Shown: positions 1-10,934, counted from the stretch's first letter. The stretch is DNA of 64,000 nucleotides from Candidatus Obscuribacteraceae bacterium (GCA_044226015.1 JBGAHS010000011.1:32001-96000), one strand, 5' to 3'. Notes: a model not told the origin generated them from the sequence alone. Made by a program: numbers and translations.

Positions 1-905
1 TATCCGGCAGCTTTAAGTAAGCGACTAACCTCACTATCTTGCAGAAGCCTGAATCTGACCTCATAAGACTCCTTTACGAGATCACCGAGATAACACATAT
101 TGAGAGTTGAAGGCACTGATGATGTTGTTCTATCGTGAGCAGAACTTGCGTTTTCAGCAACATAGAATTTCTTTTCCTTGAGATGCTCAATGAGTGCACT
201 CTTGTAATGAAACTGTTCATTTAAGGTCTGAGCATTCGGGTAACAGTCAGCAACAATGTAGTAAACATCTGGGGCCGGACTTGGTGCCTTCAATTTTGAA
301 ACAGGAATGAGGTTCATGATCTGTTTCTTGGCGCTAGCCACATGCTCTTGCTGCTTAATCTCACCGGCGACAACAGGAAAGACTGACATCATGAAAATAA
401 AAATGGAATACAGATTCAAAGGCATAGTCAATTTTGCGATGGGCATCCAACGCAGTATCACGTAAATTGCATTCGCGCAAAGAGCAAGGTAAATTGGCAG
501 CAAAATCAAATTATCAATTTTGTTGGGCTTCGTGAGTATCTGAACAAGAGCCTCAAAGCCCAACCAAAAATAGAGCGTGCCTACAAGAACGCCGACTATG
601 ACGCCTGTTTTATCAAGGTCTTTTTTCGCAAGATAATACACAAGCGCAAAACACAACAGCGTTTTAATAAGAATGAACGCAATCACCAGCGCATACTGCT
701 CTGGCAAATAGCTACCCATGCAGTTGTCCCAGACTTTCAGCATGGGCAGAAGTGCAAAGAAAAAAGGATAAACAGGAGGGAATTTGAAACCTTGCGGCTT
801 TGTTATCGATTCATCGCCAGGGGACTGATTATCACTCTGAGCGGTCTCTTGTGCTGCTTGCGGCTCATTATCGTGACTTTCTGATTCGTTTGAAGGGTCT
901 TTCAA
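1..905 (-). CDS. Membrane protein with sulfatase/LTA-synthase-like C-terminal domain (partial, runs off window start)
   Basis: Not in the ORF track; translated by hand. Open frame from a TTG at 905 (GGAG upstream), several hydrophobic helices, then PDVYYIVADCY...TTSSVPSTLN, typical of the alkaline-phosphatase superfamily. Confidence 0.6.
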   Translation of the reverse strand, partial: MKDPSNESESHDNEPQAAQETAQSDNQSPGDESITKPQGFKFPPVYPFFFALLPMLKVWDNCMGSYLPEQYALVIAFILIKTLLCFALVYYLAKKDLDKTGVIVGVLVGTLYFWLGFEALVQILTKPNKIDNLILLPIYLALCANAIYVILRWMPIAKLTMPLNLYSIFIFMMSVFPVVAGEIKQQEHVASAKKQIMNLIPVSKLKAPSPAPDVYYIVADCYPNAQTLNEQFHYKSALIEHLKEKKFYVAENASSAHDRTTSSVPSTLNMCYLGDLVKESYEVRFRLLQDSEVSRLLKAAG

Positions 906-990
906 AGTTAGCTCCCGGTCGCCAGCAAATCTGCCTGATTCTGTTAGGGCATGTTAGCGCACAGACAAGAATGTATCAACTCAAGCAATC

Positions 991-1025
991 AAAAGAAAAG
1001 AGAGCCGCTTGTTTGCGACTCTCTT
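991..1025 (-). terminator. Intrinsic terminator after the diguanylate cyclase gene
   Basis: Stem AAGAGAGCCGC/GCGACTCTCTT followed by a T-run on the minus strand. Confidence 0.65.
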
Positions 1026-1043
1026 AATTACGATTTGCAGTGA

Positions 1044-3644
1044 TTATGTCATGACCTTGGTTTGTACCAATCCATGCTGAATCAGCAAGCTTGCTGCACG
1101 CCACAGTGAGTGGGTTGGAACACCTTCCATGCTGCGGAAGATGTTGTGCAATGTTGTGTTTCCATCAGCCTTCTGCACAATGTCAGACATAACATTGAAC
1201 TCTTCAGGCATTGGTGGTTCTGGAATTTGACCAAGTTGCTGCCAGCGAGCTGCGAACTCTACAGGAGCGACTGGCCTGATTAGCATGTTCAAGGTTGGAA
1301 TGATCTTCTTAGCAGCATTGAAGTTATCTTGTGCAAGAGCACCATCCATCAAGATACGTTCTAAACTCTTCGCGATGTTGAAGGTGTCATCCAGGCGAGG
1401 CAACTTGGTCATTGTCTCTTTACCTGTTCCAGATTTTTCCTGGAAGTTGAAGCTTCCTTCTTCAAACGTTGAGACGAATTCCACAATTGCCGCAGCCCCA
1501 GCAAACTTCGCAAGACGTGCTTGCATTGGCTTACCGGAATCGAAGAGAATCCACAGCTGCCGTCCGTCTGGAGCCTGTACAGTCAAGACACCAGTCTTCT
1601 GAGCAGTAGCCAGAGACTGAAGCAAGGCTGCAGGGTCGAATACTCCGAGTTCGCCGCTAACTGCTGAAGCAGTCTTGGAGGACTTGTAGCTCTTCGGAAC
1701 TTGTTGCGAATGGATACACTTGTTTCTGTCTAGAACTTCTTTTACGTAGTACAGTGCTGTATCTGCCTTGTTGAGCAAGTCATCAGTGGTCTTACCGTCC
1801 ATTGGGAAAGTAGCAACACCAATAGAAACCGTCCACTTTGCGATACCTGCGGGCCAATCACCTTTAGCCTCGATTGCAGTTCTGACTCTTTCAGAAACTG
1901 CCATAGCGCGCTTAGCGTCAGTGTTTTCCATTACGATGATGAATTCTTCCCCACCATAACGAATTAGATAATCACCAGGGGCACTGAGTTTTTCGAGCGT
2001 GTCGGTTGTTCGCACACAGGTTTTGACAATCTTCGACAATTCCTGCAGCATCTGGTCACCAATCTGGTGCCCGTATGTGTCGTTGATCGACTTGAAATGG
2101 TCACCATCCATTATCACGAGCGAAACAGGATTTTGCTCAGGATTGACGGCTGCACGATCCATAATTTGAGGCATGATTTCGTAGAAGAACTTCTTGTTGC
2201 GCAGACCGGTTAGCGGGTCTGTACGAGCTGCTTCTTGTTCTTCTTCGTACTGAATATTCTGGTGCAATACACGTGATGCAAGTTCAACGACGTTACGCAA
2301 AACTCTGAGACGATCTTGCACGGTTTGACCTTCAGTGTTGAAGTAGATTGCTACTACACCAAGGTTGCGGCTTTGAAATACGATTGGCAGGTAGACTGCA
2401 GTGCGAATTCCATGAGCCTGAGCGATTTGAGTTAGCCCATAGTCACGAATTCCTTCCATACCCAGTGTCACGTGTTTGCTTGTGGCAAAAACTTCTCGCG
2501 CAATTCGGGAATGGTCAATTTTCTTGAGTCCTTGAGCGTTTCTATCATCGAAACCAAGCCAGGCATCAAGGTTCAAACGCTGATAGCGGTCAGCTTTGAA
2601 GAATGCACCGTACATGATGCTTGTCGGAAACTTGTCGTTGAGTTTGTCGAGAATTCGCTGACAAACCTGGTGACTGGACTTGAGCTGGTCGAGTTCTTTA
2701 CCAAGAGCATTGATAAATTCTTCTTCCGCTTCCTTTGTATATAGCTCTGAAATTTTCGCTTGAGTTTGATTGATCTGCTCTTCGTACTCTTGAGAAAGCT
2801 GTTTCTTTTGAGCTTCGAATTCTTTTCTTTCTTTCTTGAGCACATCATCTTTAGCAACACGAGCTGCGACCAACTCGTCATATTGTTGCCTGATGCCTTT
2901 CAAACCTTTTGCGACACGACCAACTTCTGAAATGGCGCCGGATACATCGAGACCACCGCCAGTAACCCCTGAGTAAGCATCACGAGCCAAAAGCAAAGAA
3001 CCGGTTGCACGAGCAATTAATAGAAGTGGTTTGCTTACAAACAGGAACAGGGCGCCCATTGTCAGAACACATACGCCACCAAGTACGGTGAATACATATG
3101 CAATGTTCGCAGGAGCAGCCATAAGTCCGCCGCCCATACTGAGGGCTGTGCCCATGAACGGCGCTTGAGAAAATCCGATGTGTAGCAGCTTTCCTTCACC
3201 CATAGCTTCTACTGCTTCGAAGTACTTTTTCTCACGCCACTCGATATCGCCGGAAGTGATGTCATATTTAGACAATTCCGGTGCGTATTTTTCGGTTAAA
3301 GGATCTAGTGTTCCATCTGCTGATGTCACGTAGTACCAGGCAAGATTATATTGATTGAATGCCTGAAGGATTTTAGATGTAGGCGGAACCTTCCTCTTAG
3401 CTTCATCAGCAAGTTGTTTGCAGATAATTTGATAAGAACCTTTAGCAACGGACGGATAAACAAAGTCTGCTGCAAACGGTACCGTCGCCCCGCCGATGGC
3501 AAAAATCATCACCAGTCTCAAAGGCAGGCCGCCGAAGAAATCCATAACGGAGCCTGTAACTTGTTGCACCGCCGAAGGTTTAGTGGGCTGAAGTTGCGAT
3601 TCGTCTTCAGATCCAGTACCTTCCAACGCCCCCTGATATGTCAC
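1044..3644 (-). CDS. Membrane diguanylate cyclase: 2 TM, coiled coil, GAF, GGDEF, C-terminal DUF4388/PATAN-like domain
   Basis: TDPLTGLRN, DGDHFKSINDTYGH, RYGGEEF; GELGVFDPAALLQSLATAQKTGVLTV at the C-terminus. Confidence 0.85.
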   Translation of the reverse strand: MTYQGALEGTGSEDESQLQPTKPSAVQQVTGSVMDFFGGLPLRLVMIFAIGGATVPFAADFVYPSVAKGSYQIICKQLADEAKRKVPPTSKILQAFNQYNLAWYYVTSADGTLDPLTEKYAPELSKYDITSGDIEWREKKYFEAVEAMGEGKLLHIGFSQAPFMGTALSMGGGLMAAPANIAYVFTVLGGVCVLTMGALFLFVSKPLLLIARATGSLLLARDAYSGVTGGGLDVSGAISEVGRVAKGLKGIRQQYDELVAARVAKDDVLKKERKEFEAQKKQLSQEYEEQINQTQAKISELYTKEAEEEFINALGKELDQLKSSHQVCQRILDKLNDKFPTSIMYGAFFKADRYQRLNLDAWLGFDDRNAQGLKKIDHSRIAREVFATSKHVTLGMEGIRDYGLTQIAQAHGIRTAVYLPIVFQSRNLGVVAIYFNTEGQTVQDRLRVLRNVVELASRVLHQNIQYEEEQEAARTDPLTGLRNKKFFYEIMPQIMDRAAVNPEQNPVSLVIMDGDHFKSINDTYGHQIGDQMLQELSKIVKTCVRTTDTLEKLSAPGDYLIRYGGEEFIIVMENTDAKRAMAVSERVRTAIEAKGDWPAGIAKWTVSIGVATFPMDGKTTDDLLNKADTALYYVKEVLDRNKCIHSQQVPKSYKSSKTASAVSGELGVFDPAALLQSLATAQKTGVLTVQAPDGRQLWILFDSGKPMQARLAKFAGAAAIVEFVSTFEEGSFNFQEKSGTGKETMTKLPRLDDTFNIAKSLERILMDGALAQDNFNAAKKIIPTLNMLIRPVAPVEFAARWQQLGQIPEPPMPEEFNVMSDIVQKADGNTTLHNIFRSMEGVPTHSLWRAASLLIQHGLVQTKVMT

Positions 3645-4654
3645 TGTTGTAAAGCCTCCCCTACTTTTGCAAAGTCTATTCTAAAGACAAGTTGCTCTCC
3701 GCGATACCACTCGGGCAACGCTTGGAATTCTGTAGCCTCAACTGCAGCGATAGCTTCTCTGTCAGCTCTCCTGTTTCCAGAACTTTCCACCACTTCGACT
3801 GATAATACTTTTCCATCCTTTCCAATAGAAATTTGAAGCGTCATCGCTTCTGTCTTATTTTTTGGACGCCAATTCTGAGCGATGCGCATAAGAACGTCTT
3901 TGCGGTAGGGTGCGATGTTGCCCATGGCTCGACCGCCGCCGTTTACTCTGGTGGCAATGTCTCCACCGATGTTTCCGTATCCACTGCCGGTACCAGGATC
4001 TCCCTCCCCTGAACCATTACCACCAGTGCCGTCGCCACCAGTGCCGGTGCCACCGTCCTTACCATCAGGTGCTCCCCCCTCTTGCGCTGCGCCAGAAGGT
4101 GCTGAGTTGGAGGTCTGACCCGCCATCATATTTGTTGGTTTGGGCGGCGCCTTAGGAGACGCTTTAGGAGCCTGAGTAGGCAAAGCTTTAGTCGTTTGAG
4201 CCGTCGTCACCATCACAGGTGGTGCGGTCGTAACTTCATGAGAAACTACAGGTCGAGCTTGCTCTGGTGTCGGTACGGGCAAAGTCTCAGGAGCTTTGAT
4301 AGTCGGAAGCGAGACTTTATCTGCCTCTTGTGGCTTTGCAGATTCAGCAGAGCCAGAATCAGGGTTTTCCCCTTCAGTCAGAGTAATCGGCTTAGGTATT
4401 TCTCCGACGCGGAAATCAGGCGCAGGCGGTGGCGCTGTGAACTCGAAAGATACGTCTACATCTCTGATGATGCGAGGATGCTTACGCTCATACTCTTCCA
4501 TCTTCACCAGCGCGATACCCATTATCGCGTGGAAGATGACAACAACAACAATTACTTGATTCAGTTGACCTTGCCGGTCAATGGAGTTTGGGTCACGCCG
4601 ATCGAAAAATCGATCAGAAATCTTGACCACTTCATTCATGAAGGAAATCGACAT
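3641..4654 (-). CDS. TonB/TolA-like protein (N-terminal TM, Pro/Gly-rich linker, TonB C-terminal domain)
   Basis: TM with FH, Pro-rich spacer, C-terminus RIAQNW...IGKDGKV..VEVVESSGNRRADREAIAAV. Confidence 0.8.
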   Translation of the reverse strand: MSISFMNEVVKISDRFFDRRDPNSIDRQGQLNQVIVVVVIFHAIMGIALVKMEEYERKHPRIIRDVDVSFEFTAPPPAPDFRVGEIPKPITLTEGENPDSGSAESAKPQEADKVSLPTIKAPETLPVPTPEQARPVVSHEVTTAPPVMVTTAQTTKALPTQAPKASPKAPPKPTNMMAGQTSNSAPSGAAQEGGAPDGKDGGTGTGGDGTGGNGSGEGDPGTGSGYGNIGGDIATRVNGGGRAMGNIAPYRKDVLMRIAQNWRPKNKTEAMTLQISIGKDGKVLSVEVVESSGNRRADREAIAAVEATEFQALPEWYRGEQLVFRIDFAKVGEALQQ

Positions 4655-4861
4655 AAGCCACCCAACAAGTTACGCGAGTACAAAAATCCCCATTTGATAG
4701 GAGCATGCCCCATTTCGGAGCCAGTTAAAACCTTGACGGCGAAAAAAATTGCCAACGTACAATTCGGACCCAGTTGAGTTATTCCACGCCAAATGCCACT
4801 TCCATATATGGAACAAAAGAATTTTTTCACAAATTTCAGGAAGCATGTAGGTTTGACAAGA

Positions 4862-5890
4862 CTATTCGGATGTCAAGTCGATTTGGAACAGCAAATCCTC
4901 ACCCTTAAACCATTCGGGCAGTGGGCGAAAGGTAAGTGATTCAATTGTCGCAATTGCTTGATTATCAGCTCTGCGATTACCAGAACTCGACACAATTGAA
5001 GAACTCAACAAGGTGCCGTCTCTTGCAATCAGCAGGTTAACTGTTAATGACAATCCGCGCTGGGCTGGCTTCCAGGCTTCAGCAATTTGCTGCATCAATG
5101 CCCGATGATATGGTCCTATCGCGCCCATGGCTTTTAACATCGGTTCTTTCGCTTTTAGAGATAAGGGAATGGAACCAACTGGAGCCTGAGTTTTACCGTC
5201 CCCAGCCCCTTCAGCGGCGGGTCCATTTCCGTCAGTTCCGATTCCAACTCCGCCAACAGCATCACCTTGTTGCATGACGTTGCCTGACTCAATTGGCACT
5301 CCCGAACCCGGGTGAATCATGACATTATCGGCAGTGTGAGAGCCATTATTGGCTGAGTTTTGCTTTGAAGAACTGGCGAAAGTCGAATCGTTTGCAGTCT
5401 TATTAGCTTCTACAAGACGAGTGTTTTTCAATTCTCTCGAGCGCATCGGATCTGGGCGAGGGTTATCGTCCCTCTGTGCGGACTGAGGAATGGGCACACT
5501 CACCTTTTCAGCACGACATGCTGGACCCGTGCCCGAGCCAGGGTCTTTCGTCTTTCCTGCAAGAAGACTTAGAGGCTGGGGCTGTGTAACTTCAGCTTCT
5601 TTCAATTGCAGTTTCGGAGCTGAAAAATCTTCAAGACTGAACGATATATTTATCGAATTTCTTGTGACTTTATGATGCTTCAGCTCGTACTCCTGCATTT
5701 TTAGAAACGCAGTGGCCATAATCAGATGGAAGATCAACACAAGAACGGTCGCCTGTGTAATCTGCCCCTGGCGGTCGATGCACTCAGGGCTATTCTTATC
5801 GAACAGACGATCACAAATTCTCAATACAAAGCTCATATAGTGAGTAGACATGCCAACTCCTTGCATTGCAGTAGCAGCGAAATGAGTCAA
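4862..5890 (-). CDS. TonB/TolA-like protein, paralog of 3641-4654
   Basis: Shares IDRQGQ, IFH, SSGNRRAD and LPEW motifs with its neighbour; start uncertain. Confidence 0.75.
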   Translation of the reverse strand: MTHFAATAMQGVGMSTHYMSFVLRICDRLFDKNSPECIDRQGQITQATVLVLIFHLIMATAFLKMQEYELKHHKVTRNSINISFSLEDFSAPKLQLKEAEVTQPQPLSLLAGKTKDPGSGTGPACRAEKVSVPIPQSAQRDDNPRPDPMRSRELKNTRLVEANKTANDSTFASSSKQNSANNGSHTADNVMIHPGSGVPIESGNVMQQGDAVGGVGIGTDGNGPAAEGAGDGKTQAPVGSIPLSLKAKEPMLKAMGAIGPYHRALMQQIAEAWKPAQRGLSLTVNLLIARDGTLLSSSIVSSSGNRRADNQAIATIESLTFRPLPEWFKGEDLLFQIDLTSE

Positions 5891-6007
5891 ACGCTCATTT
5901 CATCAGTGTGTTAAGCAGCCAAATTGAGCCTTAGCTCAAAAACGTCCAGAAAAACTGCTGCAGTTTTGCAGCCCCTTAAATATTATTGCTCATCGAAAAG
6001 CTTCCGC

Positions 6008-6036
6008 TTGACATCGCCGCTTTAGTTCTGTTTAAT
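6008..6036 (+). promoter_or_regulatory. Candidate sigma70 promoter upstream of the secG operon
   Basis: TTGACA-N17-TTTAAT. Confidence 0.45.
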
Positions 6037-6345
6037 GCGTCTTTACAGCTGTCAAGAACAAGTGCTTGCCTTGGAAATATTCAGGGTTAACCCTCTTGTC
6101 TACATCAGAAATTTATCGAGGGCGTCAGAGAAATACTCCCGAGAATGCTTACTAATCAGCCTTTCTGAGATCCAGGGCTGGATTTTACGGCATTTTTTGA
6201 AATGTTTCGAAATCGCAACAATTCAAAAAACCCCTCTATCTTGAAAAATTACAAACTTCAATTTTGCTGATGTATTCAATCGGCCGAGGCTTCAGAGAAG
6301 CGTTTCCGCTATAATCCCCTGAAGATAAATCTGTTAGGTGGTTTC

Positions 6346-6582
6346 ATGAAGACTCTGTATCTGGTCCTTCTCATTCTTGAAAGTCTCTTTGCGCTCAGCG
6401 TAATTGGACTCATTCTTATCCACCCGCCAAAAGGCGATGGAATGGGAGCGATCGGAAGTGCGGCCACAGTTTTCTCTGGCAAACGCGGTGCAGAGGCAGG
6501 TCTCGATAAGGTCACCTGGACATTCGTGGCGCTATTTATGATTGTCTGCGTAATTCTCGGTTTTGGTTTCGTGACACCATAG
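6346..6582 (+). CDS. secG: Preprotein translocase subunit SecG
   Basis: 78 aa, two TMs, LILIHPPKGDGMGAIG...LDKVTW. Confidence 0.92.
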   Translation: MKTLYLVLLILESLFALSVIGLILIHPPKGDGMGAIGSAATVFSGKRGAEAGLDKVTWTFVALFMIVCVILGFGFVTP

Positions 6583-7331
6583 TGAGTTTTCAGCTTCCGA
6601 CAACAGAAGAAAAAGCAGATTATGTGCTGAAGCAGTTTGATCGAATCGCGCAGAAATACGATTTGATGAACGACCTTATCAGCGTCGGAATGCATCGCGG
6701 CTGGAAGCAGCAGGCAATCGCAGAGCTGATGAAGGGTGTTGACCTGAAAAATAGTGCAGGCAAGAAGTATCTTGATGTTTGCACCGGCACTGGTGACCTT
6801 GCATTGCTAATCGCAGAAACTAATGGTTTCCGGGGAACTGTCACCGGGCTCGATTTTTCGCCTGAAATGCTGAATGTCGCCCGCCGAAGAGGGGCAAACA
6901 AGGTCAGCAAACTAGAGTCGAGTCTAGAATTTCAGCAAGGTGATGCCCAAGCATTACCGTTTGCAAATGACAGCTTTGACGGTGCCATCATCAGCTTTGG
7001 ACTGAGGAATTTGACCGACCTGCAAAAAGGCTTAAACGAAATGGCACGAGTTGTTAAGCCCGGAGGCAGAGTCATCAATCTAGACTTAGGGCAGCCCACA
7101 ATGCCACTCTTCACACCTTTGTTCATTTTCTTTTTCGACAATGTAGTACCCATGCTGGGCGAAATCATTCAGCAAGACAGGCAAGCATATACCTACTTGC
7201 CTGAATCAAGAAAAAAATACCCTAACCCTCAAAAGCTCACAGAAATGTTTGAGTTAGCAGGCTTAACCAATGTCCAATGGAAGAGCCTTGCCTGCGGCTC
7301 TGTGGCAATGCACATCGGCACGGCAAAGTGA
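6582..7331 (+). CDS. ubiE: Quinone biosynthesis C-methyltransferase UbiE/MenG
   Basis: FDRIAQKYDLMND, LDVCTGTGD, ISFGLRN, RVVKPGG. Confidence 0.92.
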   Translation: MSFQLPTTEEKADYVLKQFDRIAQKYDLMNDLISVGMHRGWKQQAIAELMKGVDLKNSAGKKYLDVCTGTGDLALLIAETNGFRGTVTGLDFSPEMLNVARRRGANKVSKLESSLEFQQGDAQALPFANDSFDGAIISFGLRNLTDLQKGLNEMARVVKPGGRVINLDLGQPTMPLFTPLFIFFFDNVVPMLGEIIQQDRQAYTYLPESRKKYPNPQKLTEMFELAGLTNVQWKSLACGSVAMHIGTAK

Positions 7332-8554
7332 ATGAGCCTGATTCAAGCAACAAGAAAATAAAATCTCTCTTTATTTGCGCTGGTGATCACTCAGCCGACC
7401 TTCATGGTGGCAAACTAGTTCGCAAATTAAAGGAAGACATGCCATACCTCAAAATTTGGGGACTGGGTGGCTCTTCAATGGGTGAAGCGGGTATGCAACT
7501 GGTCTACAGTCGAGAGCAGCTTACAGTACCAATCGGTATATTTGAAGTAATAAAACATCTGCCGAAACTTGCAGCAGTGCGGGAAGACTTGCTAAATCAG
7601 ATTTTGAGCAAGAAACCAGATGTGATACTACTTATGGATTTTGGTGGCTTCAACCTGGGCTTCGCTACAAAGATAAAAGCAGGACTGCGCCAAAATAATA
7701 TACCGGACATACCGATTGTATATTTTATTTCCCCTCAAATCTGGGGATCACGACCGTGGCGTATCAATGCAATTCTGAAATCTGTCAACAAAATGCTAGT
7801 CATTTTTCCGTTCGAAGAAGCCCTTTACAGACAGAAAAAGATGAGCGCCAAGTTCGTCGGGCACCCACTCACGATGAAGTTCAAAGCAGAATCAGAGCGA
7901 AGTACTAAGGAAGATTTCTGCCAGCGAAATAATCTGGATCCGGAGAAGCCCATTATTGGTGTTTTTCCAGGCAGTCGCAGACAGGAAATAAAAGAACACG
8001 CTTCGCTGGTGCTACAGGCTATCGAATGGATATCGAGAGAGCGCTCGAATGTGCAGTTCGTGATTGTTAATGCGAATCAGCAGATGGCCGACCTCTTACA
8101 AGAATTCATGCAACGTGAAAAATTCATTCATCTAGTAGGAAAGTCGGTAAAAACAATTTCATCAGAACAAAGCGAAGATTTGATGACTCACAGTGATCTT
8201 CTCTGGACGAAATCGGGCACCACGACACTGGAAGCGACTCTGGTTGGGAAGCCTATGCTGATCTTCTACCGCGGTTCATGGCTCTCTTTCTTGTTAGTTA
8301 TGGCATTCAAAATCGTTAAGTTTGTAGGGTGGCCGAACCTTTTACACGGAGATGGAATCGTTCCTGAACTAATTCAACTAGATTGTCGAGCGGAACAACT
8401 CGTAAGATATACCTGTGACTGGCTGGACGTTCCGGGGCTGCGCAATGAGATTACGGCAGGACTGAAGACGTTAAAAGGCCATCTGGGCGAAGGCGATTTC
8501 ACTGATAACGCCCGCAACGAAATAATTGCGCTACTACAAGGAAACCTGACTTGA
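7328..8554 (+). CDS. lpxB: Lipid-A-disaccharide synthase
   Basis: AGDHSAD, SPQIWG, IFPFEE, FVGHPL, PGSRRQE, SGTTTLE; GTG start overlapping the ubiE stop chosen. Confidence 0.93.
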   Translation: MNEPDSSNKKIKSLFICAGDHSADLHGGKLVRKLKEDMPYLKIWGLGGSSMGEAGMQLVYSREQLTVPIGIFEVIKHLPKLAAVREDLLNQILSKKPDVILLMDFGGFNLGFATKIKAGLRQNNIPDIPIVYFISPQIWGSRPWRINAILKSVNKMLVIFPFEEALYRQKKMSAKFVGHPLTMKFKAESERSTKEDFCQRNNLDPEKPIIGVFPGSRRQEIKEHASLVLQAIEWISRERSNVQFVIVNANQQMADLLQEFMQREKFIHLVGKSVKTISSEQSEDLMTHSDLLWTKSGTTTLEATLVGKPMLIFYRGSWLSFLLVMAFKIVKFVGWPNLLHGDGIVPELIQLDCRAEQLVRYTCDWLDVPGLRNEITAGLKTLKGHLGEGDFTDNARNEIIALLQGNLT

Positions 8555-10395
8555 ATCAGACCATGAGCACGAAAGAGCAAGAAAGCAAGGGCGCCAGCGA
8601 GCTGCCTCGCAACGAAAACAAGCCTAATGAAGGTGCAGAGCAGACGCAAATGCAACTTTATTTTCGCTTGCTCGACTATATCAAGCCTTACGGGGTTCCT
8701 TTTGTTATCGGTGTGCTGGCAGCAATTCCCTCGGGAAGTATGGATGCAGCCATCGCATGGTTAGCTGGTCAGGGCTTGCAAAAGATAATTGTTGATGGTC
8801 AGGAAAAACTGATTTATTGGGTGCCAATTCTGGTGCTTATTGTGGCCGGTTTACAGGGACTATTTCGCTTCATCGAAGCTTTCACTATCAGAATGGTAGG
8901 CGCAGCTGCAATCAGAGACTTGCGCAACGAACTCTTTTGCCATATTGAAGACCAGCCCCTCGTGTATTTCCAAAACATTTCCTCTGGAATTTTGATTGGG
9001 CGTCTTACAAATGACGTCGCTATGATTGAGAATGCAATTTCTCAGACATTTCAATCACTGATAAGCCGCACAACAACGCTGATATCACTGGTGGTGGTAT
9101 TACTGAGTCAGAGCTGGAAGCTAACCTTGATTGCCGTCTCGATTATGGCTTTCATCGTTCTACCAGTAAACATATTGAGCCGACGTATTCGTAAGTCAAG
9201 CAGGCTAGGACAAGAAGCTATCGGCGACCTGGTCTCAGTTATTTCCGAGTCGATTCAAGGTGCGAAAATTGTTCAATCGTTCAACCTGGAGAGCTTCCAG
9301 ATTTCACGATTCATGACCACAAACCAACATTTTTACGACAATTCGATGAAATCAGTGCGAGCAGAAGCGATGATGTCGCCGATTCTCGCGATGATAGGAG
9401 CCTTGGGTATAGCTGCAGTTATGTGGGCTGCAGGATGGCAGGTCGTCCACAAAGTTATGACGATTGGATCTCTTACATCGTTCTTGATTGCCCTTCTTCT
9501 GCTCTACTCTCCTTTGAAAAATCTGGGCAGAATAAACGGCATAATTCAACCAGCGCTGGCTGCGGCCCAGAGAGTGTTCGAAGTACTAGACCGCAAAGCT
9601 GAAATCACCGATAAAGCGGATGCAGTTGAACTAGAAAAAGGCAGTCACATCATCGAGCTCAAAGAGGTCTTCTTCCAATATCCCTCAATGAGTGACAAGC
9701 CATCACAGATGGTTCTTCAAAATATCAATCTCACCGTCCCTCCAGGCAAAACATTTGCACTTGTTGGTCTCTCGGGTTCGGGCAAGTCAACGTTAGCCAA
9801 CCTGGTGCCACGTTTCTACGATGTCAACTCAGGCACAATTATGATCGATGGCAAGCCATTGAGTGCATACACGCTAGATTCACTGAGGGCTGAAATATCA
9901 ATCGTAACTCAGGATAACTTCCTATTTAACGCCACGGTGGCAGAAAATATCAGGTTAGGAAGACTGAATGCAACTGACGAAGACGTGGTTGCAGCAGCAG
10001 GTGCAGCTTACTGCCACGACTTCATCATGGAACTTCCAGAAAAGTACAACACAAAGATTGGCGAGCGTGGTCTTCGGCTTTCAGGTGGACAGCAACAGAG
10101 GCTGGCTATTGCTCGTGCATTCCTGAAAAACGCCCCAATTTTGATTCTCGATGAAGCAACCAGTTCGCTTGATAATGAATCCGAGAAGATGGTTCAAGCC
10201 GCTCTGAGCGACTTAATGCGCGGACGCACCGTAATCGTCATTGCGCATCGCCTGAGTACAGTGCGTCACGCAGACACCATAGTAGTGCTTGAAGCTGGCA
10301 GAATCATCGAAATGGGCAAGCATTCTGAACTGCAGAATGCTGGTGGGCTTTACGACAGACTTCTAAAAGCACAATTCGAACGTCCAACAGCATAA
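8551..10395 (+). CDS. msbA: Lipid A flippase-type ABC exporter (MsbA family)
   Basis: TMD plus NBD (GLSGSGKST, LSGGQQQR, LDEATS); directly follows lpxB. Confidence 0.85.
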   Translation: MNQTMSTKEQESKGASELPRNENKPNEGAEQTQMQLYFRLLDYIKPYGVPFVIGVLAAIPSGSMDAAIAWLAGQGLQKIIVDGQEKLIYWVPILVLIVAGLQGLFRFIEAFTIRMVGAAAIRDLRNELFCHIEDQPLVYFQNISSGILIGRLTNDVAMIENAISQTFQSLISRTTTLISLVVVLLSQSWKLTLIAVSIMAFIVLPVNILSRRIRKSSRLGQEAIGDLVSVISESIQGAKIVQSFNLESFQISRFMTTNQHFYDNSMKSVRAEAMMSPILAMIGALGIAAVMWAAGWQVVHKVMTIGSLTSFLIALLLLYSPLKNLGRINGIIQPALAAAQRVFEVLDRKAEITDKADAVELEKGSHIIELKEVFFQYPSMSDKPSQMVLQNINLTVPPGKTFALVGLSGSGKSTLANLVPRFYDVNSGTIMIDGKPLSAYTLDSLRAEISIVTQDNFLFNATVAENIRLGRLNATDEDVVAAAGAAYCHDFIMELPEKYNTKIGERGLRLSGGQQQRLAIARAFLKNAPILILDEATSSLDNESEKMVQAALSDLMRGRTVIVIAHRLSTVRHADTIVVLEAGRIIEMGKHSELQNAGGLYDRLLKAQFERPTA

Positions 10396-10397
10396 CA

Positions 10398-10934
10398 ATG
10401 TTTGCGTTTTTCAGAGACTTATTCAAGTCAAAACAAGAGCTGGAAGAAGCTCGAAAACGCATACTCGCTCTTGAATCTGAAATGCAATCTCTGAAGCTGG
10501 AGATGCAAGAACAAGAACGTCTGTTGAAGCAAGCTTGCAGCGATTTAGAACTGGCAGAGAAGAAAGTCGACGGAACAATTAAAGGCAAGTTCGAGCAACA
10601 AATGGAAGCGCTAGCCCGAGAGCTGGCATCACCAATGGTGCAACTAAAAACTCAACAGCATCTTTCAGCACAGAGGCAAATTCAGGCGAAAGATGTTCTT
10701 GCCGTGGCCATGCGAATGGTGCAGAGCATCGAGTCCAGCGGAATCAAGCTTCTGGGAAACATTGGTGAGTTGGTCAAGTTCGACAGCACAGCTCACGAAG
10801 GGCTAAACATGAATGATGGCACTCTAAATGAAGGTGGCAGCGCAAGAATTAGTATGCCAGGCATCTCATACAACGAACGAATTATTCGAAAAATAGCAGT
10901 GATTTCAACTGAAAACGACACGGAGACTAACTAA
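10398..10934 (+). CDS. GrpE-like protein
   Basis: Long coiled coil, then GELVKFDSTAHE...PGISYNERIIRK resembling the GrpE beta domain; abuts the Hsp70 gene. Confidence 0.6.
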   Translation: MFAFFRDLFKSKQELEEARKRILALESEMQSLKLEMQEQERLLKQACSDLELAEKKVDGTIKGKFEQQMEALARELASPMVQLKTQQHLSAQRQIQAKDVLAVAMRMVQSIESSGIKLLGNIGELVKFDSTAHEGLNMNDGTLNEGGSARISMPGISYNERIIRKIAVISTENDTETN

